This document shows, piece after piece, positions 13,901 to 28,264 of a stretch of DNA of 64,000 bases. A program made the position numbers and the translations under genes. The DNA comes from Tubulanus polymorphus (lineage: Eukaryota; Animalia; Nemertea). Where the stretch lies: positions 3,256,485 to 3,320,484 of the forward strand of contig NC_134027.1 in the NCBI RefSeq assembly GCF_964204645.1. The letters run 5' to 3'. The number at the start of each line of letters is the position of its first letter. Positions within the stretch are counted from its first letter, which is position 1. The notes under the pieces were generated by a model, which saw only the letters and a list, made by a program, of their open reading frames with translations, searched no databases and had not been told where the DNA came from.

Positions 13901-16900
13901 CCGTTCGAATTCCTGCAAGGATATGCGGAGATGTGAACCAAACGTAACTTGCTTATACGGATAGGTCAGTGATGGTGAATTTCATCGCGTGGTTTACATA
14001 CGTCAGCGAGGCAACTCCACCCAAGCTCTCGTGGACTAAACCTGATAGGAATAATAGGACATAAGGCAAATCCTATGCATTATGTATAACGGGCTAATCT
14101 TACTGCGATAAACAAATAAAAATAGACGATCGTCTCCAATGACGCGATATATACTGAAGATTAATCTAAGAGACCAACTCACCGATAAATGTAAAGCTTG
14201 GAGCCGGTTTTAGCTTTAACAAGGGGACTCGTTAAGCGCTATTCCGTAGGATTTTCTAATTACAATTGACAAGTCGCGAGCGAGTTGGCAATTTCTTATT
14301 GGCGAAGACAAATAAAAACGGCAGAAGATTTAAATGTCTATCTAATGCTGGCAAATGCAAGAATTATTGCACGATGACACGGAATTAGAAACAGTTTTCA
14401 CGGCTTAGCGCGAATGCAGTTATGTGTCCTATATTTTTAGATTTGTATTGGTTAATGTTCGCAGTCAATTGACGACTTGGTTAGAAACGCATGCAGTTTT
14501 TTGTCGAATCTCCTCTACATATGTCACAGAAAACAATTAAAGCACGGAATATACCACGAATGCACGACACAAGGACAACGTTACGACATTGATTGTGTCT
14601 GTGTAATAAAATCCGTGAGGTCTAATTGAATCAGAAATGTTGCATTAACCTTGTCTTTTGTTGAATTACGGGGAACAGTTTTCGTTCCGTTCGCTCTTAG
14701 TCAAATAATAGCCGAGAATGGATTAGAAGAAGGAGGTCTGATTGGAGTAAATGAGGGTTAGCTGGCCGTCTGATCTGGCCACAAATCAGCTCGTAAACAA
14801 ATAGGTTTCTTTCCTCTGGAGAAATTATTTTCAGCGCGATTTTCCGCAACAACGTGATAGAAATGGGATACGGTAGTGTATAACAAGGTATGAATAAAAC
14901 CATTTGGACCAAGGTGACACAATAGCAGAATCACGTATTGCTTCTAACCAACACACACCTCCAACTAGTTTATAGATAAACGATTTGCACCATCTTAGTA
15001 ATGATGTATTCATTATCTGAAGAGGACTATTTAGGATTTAGTCGAAAAATCAAGCATTATAGATTTCAAGGAAACCTTTCGGACTGTTTCTCTCTTGTAT
15101 TGTGGGATTCTATTCTATATCATTGCTACAACACGGATGTTTCATCAAGATTATCATGATATTTTTTTACACAAAAATTCTTTATTTCAACCATCAAACT
15201 TTTACAAAACATACGGTTATCACACCACGCGCTGTAATCAGTATTATGGGTGTGATTTATAAAGAAGAAAGTTATACATAGATAATATGACGGGTAAATT
15301 TCATTAAAAAAAAAAGGTAAATACAGAGTAGAGAGCGATAAAGAAAAAGTACCTGGTACAGTCATTGTCTTCTAATTTCCGTTACAACGATCATAATTTT
15401 CAGCAATGAATTTTCTCATGATGTTATAACAAAATCTAATTGAATACCAGAGGAAACATGAGTGAAATAGATTAAATAATTAAATGCGGTACAACTGCGA
15501 GTTAATTATGAATGATAGATATATACTGATGTATTTCGATGGCCTTGATTTGTTGCTAATCAGTCAGAGTCTTTACGAAACCTTTGTTTCTGCAACTTGA
15601 CAAGTAACTGAACAGCGCAAAATACCGGCAAATTGAGACATCTGATATATTAATCCCCTGTCAAATATCGTGACATTACAAGACAGATAGGCCGATACGT
15701 TGATTACGGTTAGTGGTCAAGCAAACAAACTATCATAGCAGAACTCGGGCAAAAATGATAAATGATTCATTCTATTGCCAAAAGACAAGAGTAAACATCG
15801 TGTTTTATGTATACGCGTTATATACGCACAGAAAAATAATGTCCGTCCGATGAATTTTCTTTTGTACGATTGTGATTTTTTCAAGGTACTGTGGACCTGG
15901 ACTACGTGCGTATACTGGAGGTTTCATTTTTTTGCTTCTATTCTTGCTGTCGTCCGTGGCCTCAATTGTGTTAGATTATTCATAACTACCATAAAAACTG
16001 GGTATCATAACATTATAATATACAAAATCATTTTCATATTAAGTTACTATTATAAGTAATTATCATCTGAATAACCGCGCCCTGCGTGACGACAGTGAAG
16101 TCGTGTCAGATATCACTGATAGAAACCACTAAACGACGACTGTGGCAGTAACAACTTCAAAGAGAGAGAGACATCACGCGTGTTTAACACTCGGGTAAAA
16201 TTAACAGGAACATGTGAAGAATTTCATCCTGCAGAATCTCGCTTCGGAAGACGCTGCTTTTATCTGAACGCTAGCTCGTAACTCATTCTAAAAGTAATCA
16301 CGAAGCACGGGTGATTCGAATCTACGTTATTTTCGAATATCACAGGGACAAACCACTTAATAATTTGATGGCTATCTAAAGTAACCAATATTTATTGAAC
16401 ATTTTCTCGCACGCTGTTCGTGTATCGGGGCACTAGAAAAGGTTATTCCTTGAAAAAATGCTATCGCACGCTACCTCACATGCTACCTCACGATAAGAGG
16501 TATTCACGGGATATGCCCATCTCAGCAATTTCGCGGTGCTTTGAATTAATATTCGAGGGGCTGGCTACTTTTGGGTGGGTTATCATTTTTAAAGGTATTT
16601 TAAACCCACCGAGATTCAATGCCTGACGTGTAGTTAAGTTAATTGATTTACAAGACTTTCAGACAGTTTTGACTTCCTCTTGGCGTAACTTTAATTACTC
16701 GTTATTGTAACGCTACATTTGGCCGTGACATTATTCCACTAGTGTTGGCGGTCGTGGAGCTCTAATTGGTCTAATCTCGCGGCTACAAAATGTCCTTGAA
16801 AAGGAATTTTGAACGAAAAGACTAATTTTACTTGGAAATGTTTGTCGGCTTGATTCGGGTCGACATGCTAGATCGCCCCATCCTACCAATGACAACGTCT

Positions 16901-19900
16901 AGCACTGCAGTAGGTTCAGTCCGAAGGCCAAAAACTTTTCTTAATCAAAGGGAGTGAAACTTAATTTCATCATTGGCAATTTATAGTCGAATGGACCATT
17001 AAACACTTAACGATGTCAGTAAAACGGGTAGTCAACCGACCGTTCCGAAGTAAACGACGAGGCATCCCACGGTTTAACCTCCTCAGATTTACATGATCGC
17101 CTAAAACGTAATAACCGAATTTGGGAAATGAAGTCAAATAAAACGAGAGAAGATTTAATGCAATTCTGTAAACATTAGCTTCACGATGGTAAATCAAGTC
17201 AGCGATAGCTACACAGTAATTATTGTTTAATCAGGGAGTCTTGGTTTAACACAATGTCATAGCAGATGTCGTTCTCAAATTTGAGGCATTGCCTCCCCCA
17301 AGAAGATGTCAGAACAAATACATATATTTCGAATTATTTCTAATTATCATATCACAAAATTGCTCATGTAAAAACTTATGCTTACAAATGTATGCTAAAT
17401 CATCAAATTGAAGTGTCACATTTAAATCTAGACATTTTTTTTATTTTTATTGAAACCACGACGTTTCGGTTGCGTTTCAGTTTCAGTTTCAGTTCATACA
17501 TCGACAAAAATGATCGTCGAACGCATCAAATATGAATTTGAATCGACAATCCTCAAAATAAGCAATGATAAATTTGTTCCGGTGATTGTCTCTCTCAAAA
17601 TCGTTACCTGGAATGTACGGTATCGACGAATTTAAACATTTTACTGCTCCTTAAATCGTCATATCGTAAACTGGAATTACAGCCTGGGTTTTAATGGCAC
17701 GTTGTTAGTGATCGTTCTAAAACTCCCTGAGGAGGGTTTCACAACATGGCTGATGCAGTAACCCGATTTCAAATCATATCTCGTTGATGAAATACACGAT
17801 TGCTGGCAACATATTGCCCCCGTACATTGATTATTGCCAACTATTTCGTCCAAAGTATGCAGTGCACAACGTCCACGAAGATGACGTTTTTTCCTATTTT
17901 GTAATGACGCAATCATGCTTTTATCCGCATCCGAGCTTGAAATGGGTGGTTATTTCGCTCTCTATGGTCATCAACTGCTACAGCAGTGTCAATGTCAGAG
18001 GTTCATTTAAGTTCGGCACAGCGTGGAGGAATTGTAACACTATACCATAATTCATCATAAACACGTCACCTTAGCGTCTGCTGCGCTCGTAAATCAAATT
18101 TAAGCTGTTTGTATATGTCATATGTGAATAAATTTAATTACCTGAGAAATATCATTAGAATTTTTTTATTTTGTAGTTATATGATGGACTTTGTTTCTCC
18201 AGTATCGATCAACATGGCATACCGTAACTCCTCTACACTGTATACGTCTTTTAACAACGATGGGAAAATTTTCCCTGCTGTTGACAAGAACAAATTACGA
18301 CGGGCCGGACTGCCCAGTTGGTAGTCATTATGACCAATGTCACTGACATTGCGAGGGAACTAAAATCATCCATTCCAATTGATATAAGAGATATATAACA
18401 TCTCGACCTGCAATTTCCAGAAAATACGCTACCATGGGGACAGTATATTCCGGTTACAAGACAACATCTTAGTGAAAAACGCTGAGAGTAAAACCTAACC
18501 TTTCCAGTATCCAGACGTGACCGACAAATAGTTCGTTCGACAGGAAAACGAAATAAGCCCCGAGAAGAAGCTGAAAATAGATTGCCTGACGTCAACAAGA
18601 ACAAAGACTAGATTGTAGATCAGCTAGCCATTTAGAGTTCAAATTATCCGTGATTTGCCAGTAGACTATAGTAGATTGGAAACAATTTACGCGAATGTCT
18701 TTTTTCTACTCGGTGCCGATTTATCGTTTTGAATATTTTTTTTGAAATAGAATTGTGATTTTCGAATGAAATTGTTTTTCTCAGAAATACGAGGATTAAG
18801 GGAACGACTTATGCGTTGTGACGGTTGGTTTATGCTCAGACGCGCATTTATGAAAATTACAATGCATCGTCACGAACGCTTGTGCTTCGAGATTAATTTG
18901 TAAAAGGTTGAACGCGAATAATAATAAAATCTTAAGCAACATCCTCGTCAAAACTTTCTCCAAGAGGGGTTAGCGTGTCGTTCCTGGCGTTTGATATGTT
19001 TCCATAGAAACTGCAATAACAAGAATGTGTTTCTCATTGCTCGGCCATGTTCTCGGATTATTAGCTGGAAACGGTAAAATGCTGACATGACACCGCCTAT
19101 AAGAAACATTATTGAAGTTCCACATGAGCCCCCCATCGTTAAGTACAGCTATTAATACTAATAACAATTTCCGCCCGAAAGTGTTTTGGAATGATCAGGC
19201 AGATTTTCTACCAAAATTGTTCTAGAAAAGAGCGTAATTTGCACAGGTGTAGATTTTTTCGAGATTTCTTGCTGCCGCCCGTGGTGGGAGTGACTAATGA
19301 TAAAACGTAAAAACAAAAACGATATAAGCCGTCGTTCCCGAATACGTAGTTTTTTTTGCTAATGTGCCTGCCGAAACCGATCGCAGAATACCAGCGACGA
19401 TAATTTAGGTTCCAGTAAAAAGATGACGGGTGTTTGGTCAGGCGCAGAATATCTATAAATCCATATAAACGTGAACGTTACGGGGCCACGTTTTAGGCTG
19501 ATTTCTAGTCCAATACATTTTCTATATGCTATCTCTGTATTTAATTCGAGATAAATGGTACTTTAAAAGTTGTCTAGCAAACGCTTCTTGCATGCTCTCA
19601 ATAGCGTGAAAGTAATCCTTGGCAATCTTCAAATGGATGAGTTAGGTTACTGAGAGAAGTGATACCGTTCGTGTTTATGTTTATTGGTTAATGCATCAAC
19701 AATTCAGTGATTGCTATTTGATATATAAGGAGTGCGCTATATTCCCATATTCAGCCAGATATTTACCTAGCCAAAACTTATTCGGTTTATAGTCTGATTA
19801 TCGTTCTCAAAAACGTGTTTTTGAGTTTTGGTTAACCATCGTGTAACGACGAAGAACTGGCCGTAATGTGTATGATTAAAGTTATTTGTTCGTGGAAGTA

Positions 19901-21308
19901 AATTGGAAACGTTGTACATCTCTGAAACGGAATCTTCCAACGCTCGGATGTCATTGGAAGTATAATATCTTTAACCTATAATCATTAGTGCCTGGTGGTC
20001 GCGGAGGAATGTTTGCTTGATTGTAGCGTGTTGAGGTTGATATGGTGGATTTCGCCAAAAGCAAGGAACCGTGATTGATGGATGGAAGAGTTCGACAAAC
20101 GTAGATTCTCGCTCGTAAAATAAACTGACGGTATTGGGAAAAGAAAACCTACAAATTAGACCTAAGCCACGCAAACGAAGATAGAAATATGAACTGCGGT
20201 TGTTTTTTCTTTTTTATTTTTTTCCCCACAGGGAACTGCTCGTAATTCAATTTAAACGCACCTCGATAGCATTCGAGGAGACAAAATGATGTCAAATCCA
20301 CAGCTATCATACACGTTACAACAAACTAATACCGAGCAGAAATTGCATGCACGTCAGAGACCTAATTTTGGACGAAATGCATAATCACATTCAGACAACA
20401 TTTAGATGTCATATTCACAAGTGAATCACTCCGTTTTCTAACATTTCCACACAAGTAGGGAGATGAAGACTTGTGGGTATGCATTCTATACACGCTTTAC
20501 TGCATGTTTTACATTCTCGACAATCAATTGTAGTTGACATTTGGGTTTTTCATAGAGCTGCGAGATCAAATCGTGGTGGCTGTAATGATTGACGATGGGC
20601 GTCACTCCCCATCACAGGTAGAAAATTAGGAAAACAGATGATTTCATATAAATAGAAAATATCAAGCACCACACTTTCCCATGTCTATTTTTCCAAACTC
20701 ATTAATAGCTGTCTCGCACAAATAATTTATATGATGATTTAAAACGATCATAATCAGGTATAATTATGATGAAAGTATAGGTAATCAGGCCATCCACATG
20801 GAAATAATGATTACTCAATAACATTTTTGCATTTGCAAAGTTCGCATGATACGTGTCAGCAATGTTTCCTTTGTATTTTTTTTTCTAATGCTCGTAGGGC
20901 AAGATCGCATTTATCTAGATAAGTACATGTCGTTGACGATGTATTATCTTAAGTCTGATGCTGTTGTCCACTCTCAGTATGCATCGATAATGAATGTCTG
21001 TCGTTAATGTCAATTGGGAAACCTTCTTGGACAGTACCGTTAAAATACAGTTATCCGTAATTAGGTTTATATAAGTATTCCTCGAATGTACATTTCTATG
21101 ATATAAATGTCTACTACAGATTTAGATCACGGTACCCCATGGCCGAAAGGTTTATAAGATCACTCAGCGATTCAGTTCGCGGTTTATCTGACAGTTCTTC
21201 CGTGAATGTACTTACTCATGACATCAATTAGAATTGAGAAAAAAATAATTCGGTCGAAAAGGTCGCGAAAAAGTTGTATCGAATGACTCATGTCGTTATT
21301 GAACGGCT

Positions 21309-21428
21309 CCAGTTGAACCTCGAAATAACGACCTCGGAAGTGATTTCTAGGTAGATATAACGAACCATCGGTTATAACGAATGTATTTTCTTGTCTTCTG
21401 AATTTTGTTGTAACGAGTTTCCACCGTA
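21309..21428. mobile_element. Degenerate pogo/Tigger-like MITE
   Basis: Left end CAGTTGAACCTCGAAATAACGA and right end TTGTTGTAACGAGTTTCCACCG(TA) are imperfect inverted repeats of the CAGTGGAACCTCG..ATAACGA type. Internal ATAACGA subrepeats are present. Confidence 0.55.
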
Positions 21429-24400
21429 CTTAGATTGCCAGTTACTGACGAAAGATGCATTGCATGAACCGATGCATTCTTCGAGAGTCTATTCGTTTTA
21501 CATTGCTTTTGTTGATTGATTCGAGACAAACCTCAGCAGATTGTATGATTGAATTAAATCTGCAATTCTGATATCGCCAGGGCGCCGCTCTCCATACACA
21601 CACTTAACACTAAACACTAAATACATAACATCAGCGAATATTATTTCGAGGACTTCATTAATTGCTTTTTCTTTTCAAGATCGAGTAAACATCGTGTTAC
21701 TTTATTCTACCAAAATTATTACTGTGAAGATATGTGACTTGCAATAATTGAGTTGCTAATTTATGTGACTTCTGCGGTGAAATATGCGATCGAATTTAAA
21801 AACTAAGTAGAATCATATGAATCCATGGCAAATTTGGTCATTATTCGTTAAATCTTGCTCCGTCATTTCGTACACTGTGAATTTGACGAAGATACACTAA
21901 TAGTCGATTTTCCAAATATCAATTATCGCCGGATTTACAACTTAACACTATGTGTGCTCTATGACTCTAAACATGTATAACTAAGAACGGTTGCCCACAA
22001 GCATTGCGCAATTATAAAAGATGATGCTGTGAGCTAGTTAGAATGTAGCCAGGCTTTCAGAAACGTCACAATATTGACGACTAACGGATAATTACAGCAA
22101 ATATGCAATTAAATACGAAGTTATTGAAGATTCATAAACGATACGGAGAGCCTAGCCACAGCTCTGCGCAGATTAGTGGAATCTTCAGATTAAAAGAATT
22201 ACATTTTGAGCGGCAAGGCTTTAAAATACGTCGATGCCTCGTAGATGAAATAAACCTGATCGTGTCGATCCGTGTGAGCTCAGAGTTGATCTGCGTGACA
22301 ATTTTCTATTGTAAAATGATATGACTCCAGATTAAGAATTTCAAGTCGCAATCAGGCACATTTATCGTCCTTGAGCTATAGCTGTGTTGTCTCTTTTCTG
22401 CTGGCGCGTATAAACTTATTTTTATACAAGAAACTAATTAGATTTACTGCAATAGATAAACAGTCTGGCTTAGTTTGTAACAGGCAATTGAATACTTATT
22501 GGATTCATTTTCATACAACATGCATGAGAAAAAGAATTCATTTTCTGAGATCACGCGGTGCAAGATGAGTGACGGATTAGAATAAAAGGTTTGAAAGTAA
22601 TTTTTATGCGTGGCATCGTTCGTAGAGGGAGAATCGTCCAAGTGAAAAAAGGCCATCACATCAATTAAGCCTTTAGACGTTTGTCCGTCGTTTTATTTTT
22701 TGCGTGCAGTTGATAGTAATTAATCTTGTGTAGTACTTGTGTAGTACTCATAGAATACTTCCACTCCATCATCACACCTTGGATGGCAGAAGCCACTAAG
22801 CTTGAATATAAAACAAGCAACGTTTTCATGTCGTCCACAGGTGATGTTATCATAGTGATACACTCATTCTACCGCGTATTTCGCAGCATAATGGGCTGAG
22901 ATAGTAATAAACAAGGAGCGCATACGTCCAGAATTACTTTCATCGTCGTAGAAATGACAGTCAGGAACACAATTGATAATTTCTTACGAATAGGAGATGT
23001 ACTGGATATATGGAAAAATATATCGTGCGTCATTCCTGACGTCTAAAGAAGTTTTATGCACGGGCGTCATATAGGTCATGTTGTCCGCCAAGTGACCGTC
23101 AATCGCAACTTACGCATGGCAGTCAATATGACACGCCGTGACGTCACTTGAATATAACATCTACACCGTATCAAAAATATCATTAATTAAAACAAAATGT
23201 AATCCCAGTGAGGTCCCGTGGTTTTCGTTAAAGCATTGAATAAGACATTTTCTTTTCTTTCGTGTATACAATACCCGATCGTTCTATGAACTATTATTTT
23301 TGTCTGTATATTCTCATTCTAGGCTGTATATACCATTCTTTGAGAAATTATCGATAGGCCTATAGCTCCGATTATCTGAACAGCGTGGCGGTAGATATCT
23401 TGATGAGCTCCCGCGGAGACAAGCGAACAATTTTCACTGCTTAAATGGCGAGATATTGCGAGAAAATTGAGTTTATCATTCAATCATCGCGGCTGATATA
23501 AAGATCTGCGCTCACGTTATACATGAATGATGTGAGTAGTAAAAAATTGCCGTTTGATATATACGGTACTGACGGGTCTGGGCTACTATTTACCTAAACA
23601 ACTCTAAAAAACCGTTGAAAGATGATTATTTGCCTCGGGTAAATACTGGGGAATATGACACAAAGATGGTCAGTTTTTTCTCGATGAAGGTTCATCTTAC
23701 ACAACTCGAAAAGCGAATGACTATTCTTGAGAAAAACCGATATCAAAATGTCTAATCGCGATATATTCTATCGTAACAGATGAAAAAAGATGTATATAAA
23801 CTTGACTTTTCAAACTTACTTTAGATGACTAACCCCGTTGTTTCATGCAAGATAGCTGTGAAGCTCTTCGGGAGCTTTTCTTAGGCTTAGGCAAGATAAA
23901 GTCATAATAACCTTATTTCCGTGTTAATCAACCCAGTTGTGACTGGAATTAAATAGGAAAAACAGCGTATTTTTATCACAGATAAGTTCAGTTCCAGTCA
24001 GCACGGTACTAATCATATAATGGATACTTCTACTAAATTATGTGTTAATGCTGAACTTAACGGTGAAAGGTTGACCAGACAAGGGGATCGAGAATTTGTC
24101 GCCGAAATTTCGCTTCTCTTCTCTCTTTTACATCACCGGTGGGATGTCTACCACGATAAAACTGGTTCGTGATTCACGTTTTACAAGCTTATTTCCCTTC
24201 TCCGTCTAACGTATTAGGATTCACAATGCAGTATCGGGGCAATAAACGCCGGTCATGTATGAAGATTCCGTGATGATTAGCCGCCATGCTTATATTAGAT
24301 CAATGTAATATATCGCGGAAGTATTACTTTCATACTCTGAACCCTCGCTGATATACCTGCACCGAGGGAAGTCAGCTCGCTTAGGTTTATTGCCTTGACG

Positions 24401-26657
24401 ATTTCACAGTCATCTCTTTCTGATGCGATCATCGCTCGGGAACATAATGACGCTCGATAGGTTTACTTAAAAAAGACAACTCGATTCTCATTCAGTTCTG
24501 TGACCAGTGTTCGGCAGATGTTCGAACATGACTCCATTCCACTTTCATATATCAGCTAATAAGATAGTGAAATATCGTGCAGACCACGATGACATCAATG
24601 GCGCCACAGAAATGGTCCTAGCATCACTTTATAGTGATAAGATGGATATTTTATCAACTCAGCAACAAGCCATAAAACTACATTGAACGGCGAAAGATTA
24701 TGTTTTATTGCGGAAATGTATATTGTGAAAATTGCCTTATTTTTGGCTTCATTGTGCGCATCTTTATGATTTTACCACCAAGGCTTCATTCTATTTTCAC
24801 TTAATTTCCGAATGAATCTGTGTCGGCAGCTTCTTATCGGCTGCATCATGTCTACTAGCAATTTCGAAACGAAAATTGCGGGTAAAATAAATTCAGAAAA
24901 CCATTACACGTTGTGATCTCGATTTTCGTGCTTTCTCGTATATATGAGAAAATGTAGTGAACTAAGACGCTAACAAGATATCATCTCTCCTCAATACATA
25001 TATATTGTTGTTACATACGTACGAAATTGAATATAATAGGATGTGCAATGTGGATTAATTGCTAACTATATCGCAATGATAACATTGCCTTTGGCTGGAG
25101 ATGTATGTTTCTTCGATAGCCTGGTATTATGGTAAGTACACTTTAGGGATTCCTTCATCTCCCGCTGCTCATAAAACAAACTTCATGATGATAAGTGTGA
25201 TTACAAAAAGACGAGTCGCACCGAACACGAAAAACCACAGATGATTACTAACGGTATACCGACGAAAGTCTCCTCAGACGCTTTACGGCATTTTTAGTGT
25301 TTAGAAGAAAGAATGAAATTTATAATTCACTAAATCTCCTTGTTCAAAATTAGTAAAAGATGGATAGAATCGGTGGTTATTTTAGATTTTCATTGCCTCG
25401 GAAGTTCTAATGCGAAATGGTATATAAATATTCATTCGGGCTTCTTCGTGCTTTCTTCAAATACTCCAACCATATAAACGAGTCGAATGATGCTACTCGA
25501 TAGAGGTTCTAGGTCTTTAGTCGCGAAGATTTCGTAGCGGAGAATACGACGAAAATCGGCATAGAAGGTAAAGAGTCGAATATCGTCTCCGCGCAGATGT
25601 TTCCGTCGCAATCAATTAAGATGGTCGGATTCGGTTACAAAATATAGCGGCAAAGCTGTTTACTAAGCACAAAAAGAGTTATGACGATTACCTACTGATT
25701 TCTTTATTGTCTTTTTCTCTACACAAAAATGTGATTGATTACGATATCTTCGAGTCATAGAGGCTTATGATTAACATAAAATTTATTGTTTATAGATTTA
25801 TGATTTTATTGTATCTAATAAAATGTATTATCTGGCCACAGCAGATCCTTTGGTATTGTAAGTATATGCGTATATAAGCAGGAACTGTAGGTGCGTGGGT
25901 TTCTTTGCCGTTGACTTGGAAACGTTATTGTGCGGTTTGAAGCTCAGATGATAACTTTTTCTGTCATTCGAAACCTTGTCCGTGCTTATGATTCGTATTA
26001 ATAAAATATTAGACAGATCTATGATACCGTATCTTCTTGTCAAATGTCAATACAATATCTATCGAGGAACAGGCGCCCGCCGTCACATATCCGAGGGATT
26101 CATCAAAATCAAAACAGACCAACCATGATCATAACCTCATAACAGGTTCCCACTAATCAATCGATGGATTTCAGAAATTTCTCTGGGATATAAATAGCTT
26201 AGCTCTTAGACAAAGACATCTTACTCTCCATTGATATCACACTTTTTCCGCTTTTGGTTGTAGAACTTTTTCTGAATCCGGAATTCTACGATCCAGTGAT
26301 TACGAACGACCATGTTGTGTATGGTCTAGTTTTTGAATTTCACTATTGTTGTCATGATGATGTTAACAGATTGTAATACATATGATGTAAATGAACTGGT
26401 CACATCTGGTTGAAATTGAACATAAATATGGACAGTTATAAACCCTACTAAAATGTATCATATTCTTAATCACAATAATCGTTTTCGTGTAATTGTTTTT
26501 CGCACAGCTTCGGACTTCTTTCCATCTTTAAAATTCATAACCATCCATTGCGCTTTGACGTCGAGCTATTATCAACAATACACGGGTATATATCAATTAG
26601 CGCTAGTTCTGAGCAATTACAGTACGAAATATAGATATATAAACATCTTATGTACTC

Positions 26658-26891
26658 ACCAAACTCTTCATCAAATTCGAATCCCTCAAAGCCAAAACCG
26701 GAGGAAGTTTCCGAGGGGATATCCCCAAACGTAATTTCACTGGCGTACTGGTTCAGATACTCCAATGACGTATCCGGCAACCAAGTAAAACAATTAAAGT
26801 TCAAAATTCGATTGTAACAAAACCCTGTATGAAATGTATACGAGCCTAATTCCCCGTATCGGAGGTGTTTCTTAGCGACCCGGTTAGCCAT
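26658..26891 (-). CDS. Putative first coding exon of an unidentified minus-strand gene
   Basis: ATG at 26891 opens MANRVAKKHLRYGELG...WLPDTSLEYLNQYASEITFGDIPSETSSGFGFEGFEFDEEF. It ends near 26660 at a consensus donor G|GTGAGT, phase 1. Composition is protein-like up to the donor and intron-like after it. Confidence 0.5.
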
Positions 26892-27171
26892 TCCAAACGA
26901 GTTGGAATTTTAGCGCCAAAACACGACGGCACGTCTGCCTTGAATCAATAAGCGCTTAGATACATGACGTTTCGCGAAATGTCGCTCAGAGCAGAACTCA
27001 TCAGATCTATAGAGAATATTCGTTAACAGAGTTGCATTGCTGAGAAGGCAATTATTTCAGGTTCCTGTTATTGTTGCATCCCACTTCCTCTCGCGGATAT
27101 TATGTTCACCGCCGCAACATCTGCGTGAGTACGCACAACGGGAATTTTATGTTCGTTACTGTCACCTACAG

Positions 27172-27694
27172 GACAATACCAGAACTGAAATAAATCTGGA
27201 CAAACGCCACAATCGATGCAAACAGTCAGCCAGTAAAACAGGTGAATGAGTTATCTCACTTTCATGTATCAAAATACAGCAGCCTCCTATCAGAAAATGA
27301 ATCCGAGAATATACGCATTGACGAAGGAAAAAGACGCCCCGATGCTCTATCATCGGAGACCATATGCATAGACAGAAGATAATCTGTTACTTTATCGGCT
27401 GCTTTTGACAGCATGAGCTATTTTCAAAATCACTTTCACGCTATCGGCGAGGTTTATATGAAAAGTACCCGCTTTCAATGTATTAAAAGCATGGGGGAAA
27501 ATTCCAAATTACATCGTGTTCAACTGTCACGTCATCATAGTTTCGGGACCAAAATCATTAATTTGATGTTTGGTGATGTAGATTCACAGCTTGGTCTTAT
27601 GCAGGTTGGGGTTTGCACGTTGCAAAGTCTCGATCCCATCACGTTCGAATCCCTGCCGAAAGACGTCGCTGCTCTGGACCTCATCCCGCTATGA
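27172..27694 (+). CDS. Possible last two exons of a small plus-strand gene
   Basis: Exon ~27172-27241 (DNTRTEINLDKRHNRCKQSASKT, after cctacag, phase-1 donor G|GTGAAT) joins in frame to exon ~27582-27694 (after gatgtag: DSQLGLMQVGVCTLQSLDPITFESLPKDVAALDLIPL*). No homology recognised. Confidence 0.25.
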
Positions 27695-28264
27695 TACGAC
27701 AATTAATCAAATATTTTTATATCAATACATGTATAACCAATTTTTGTTTTTGTTCATCGGGAGGGAACGTGTTGATAAATCAAAATAAAGTCGTTTGTTC
27801 CATTCATGTTTGTTTTCATTCAACGCAGCTGTATCGATGATTGGTTGAAACATATAATTCATTTCATTACTTTCAGTAATATCAGGACACATTTCGCAAT
27901 TAATCAAAACATAGCACCTTTGACAATGAAACCTTTTGAAATAAAGACATTCGATCAAACCTGGAATATTTAGATATTCAAAAAGATGGTTAGTGGAGCA
28001 TCTACCTATCCTATTTATCCATAACCAAAATGGTAACCTAGTGAACAGTAGATTCTTATTCAAGGATAGAAATATCAAATTAGGTGTAAAACAAAATTTC
28101 AATCAAACATTCACAGGCAGCTGTGGAAAAACAACAAGAACAAATATTGCAATTGATATAAAGTGTTTTTTTTCAAAACGATTCAGTTGAGTAGTTCTAC
28201 AGCGCGTTGTTAGATAACAACGTTCTCTACTCAAATTGACCATCGGAAATTAGGTGTTTTTATC

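Noticed and set aside
1291-26043. Dozens of 60-117 aa ORFs in the left half
   Set aside because: Random-like composition, many non-ATG starts, no recognisable motifs; expected background in AT-rich noncoding DNA.
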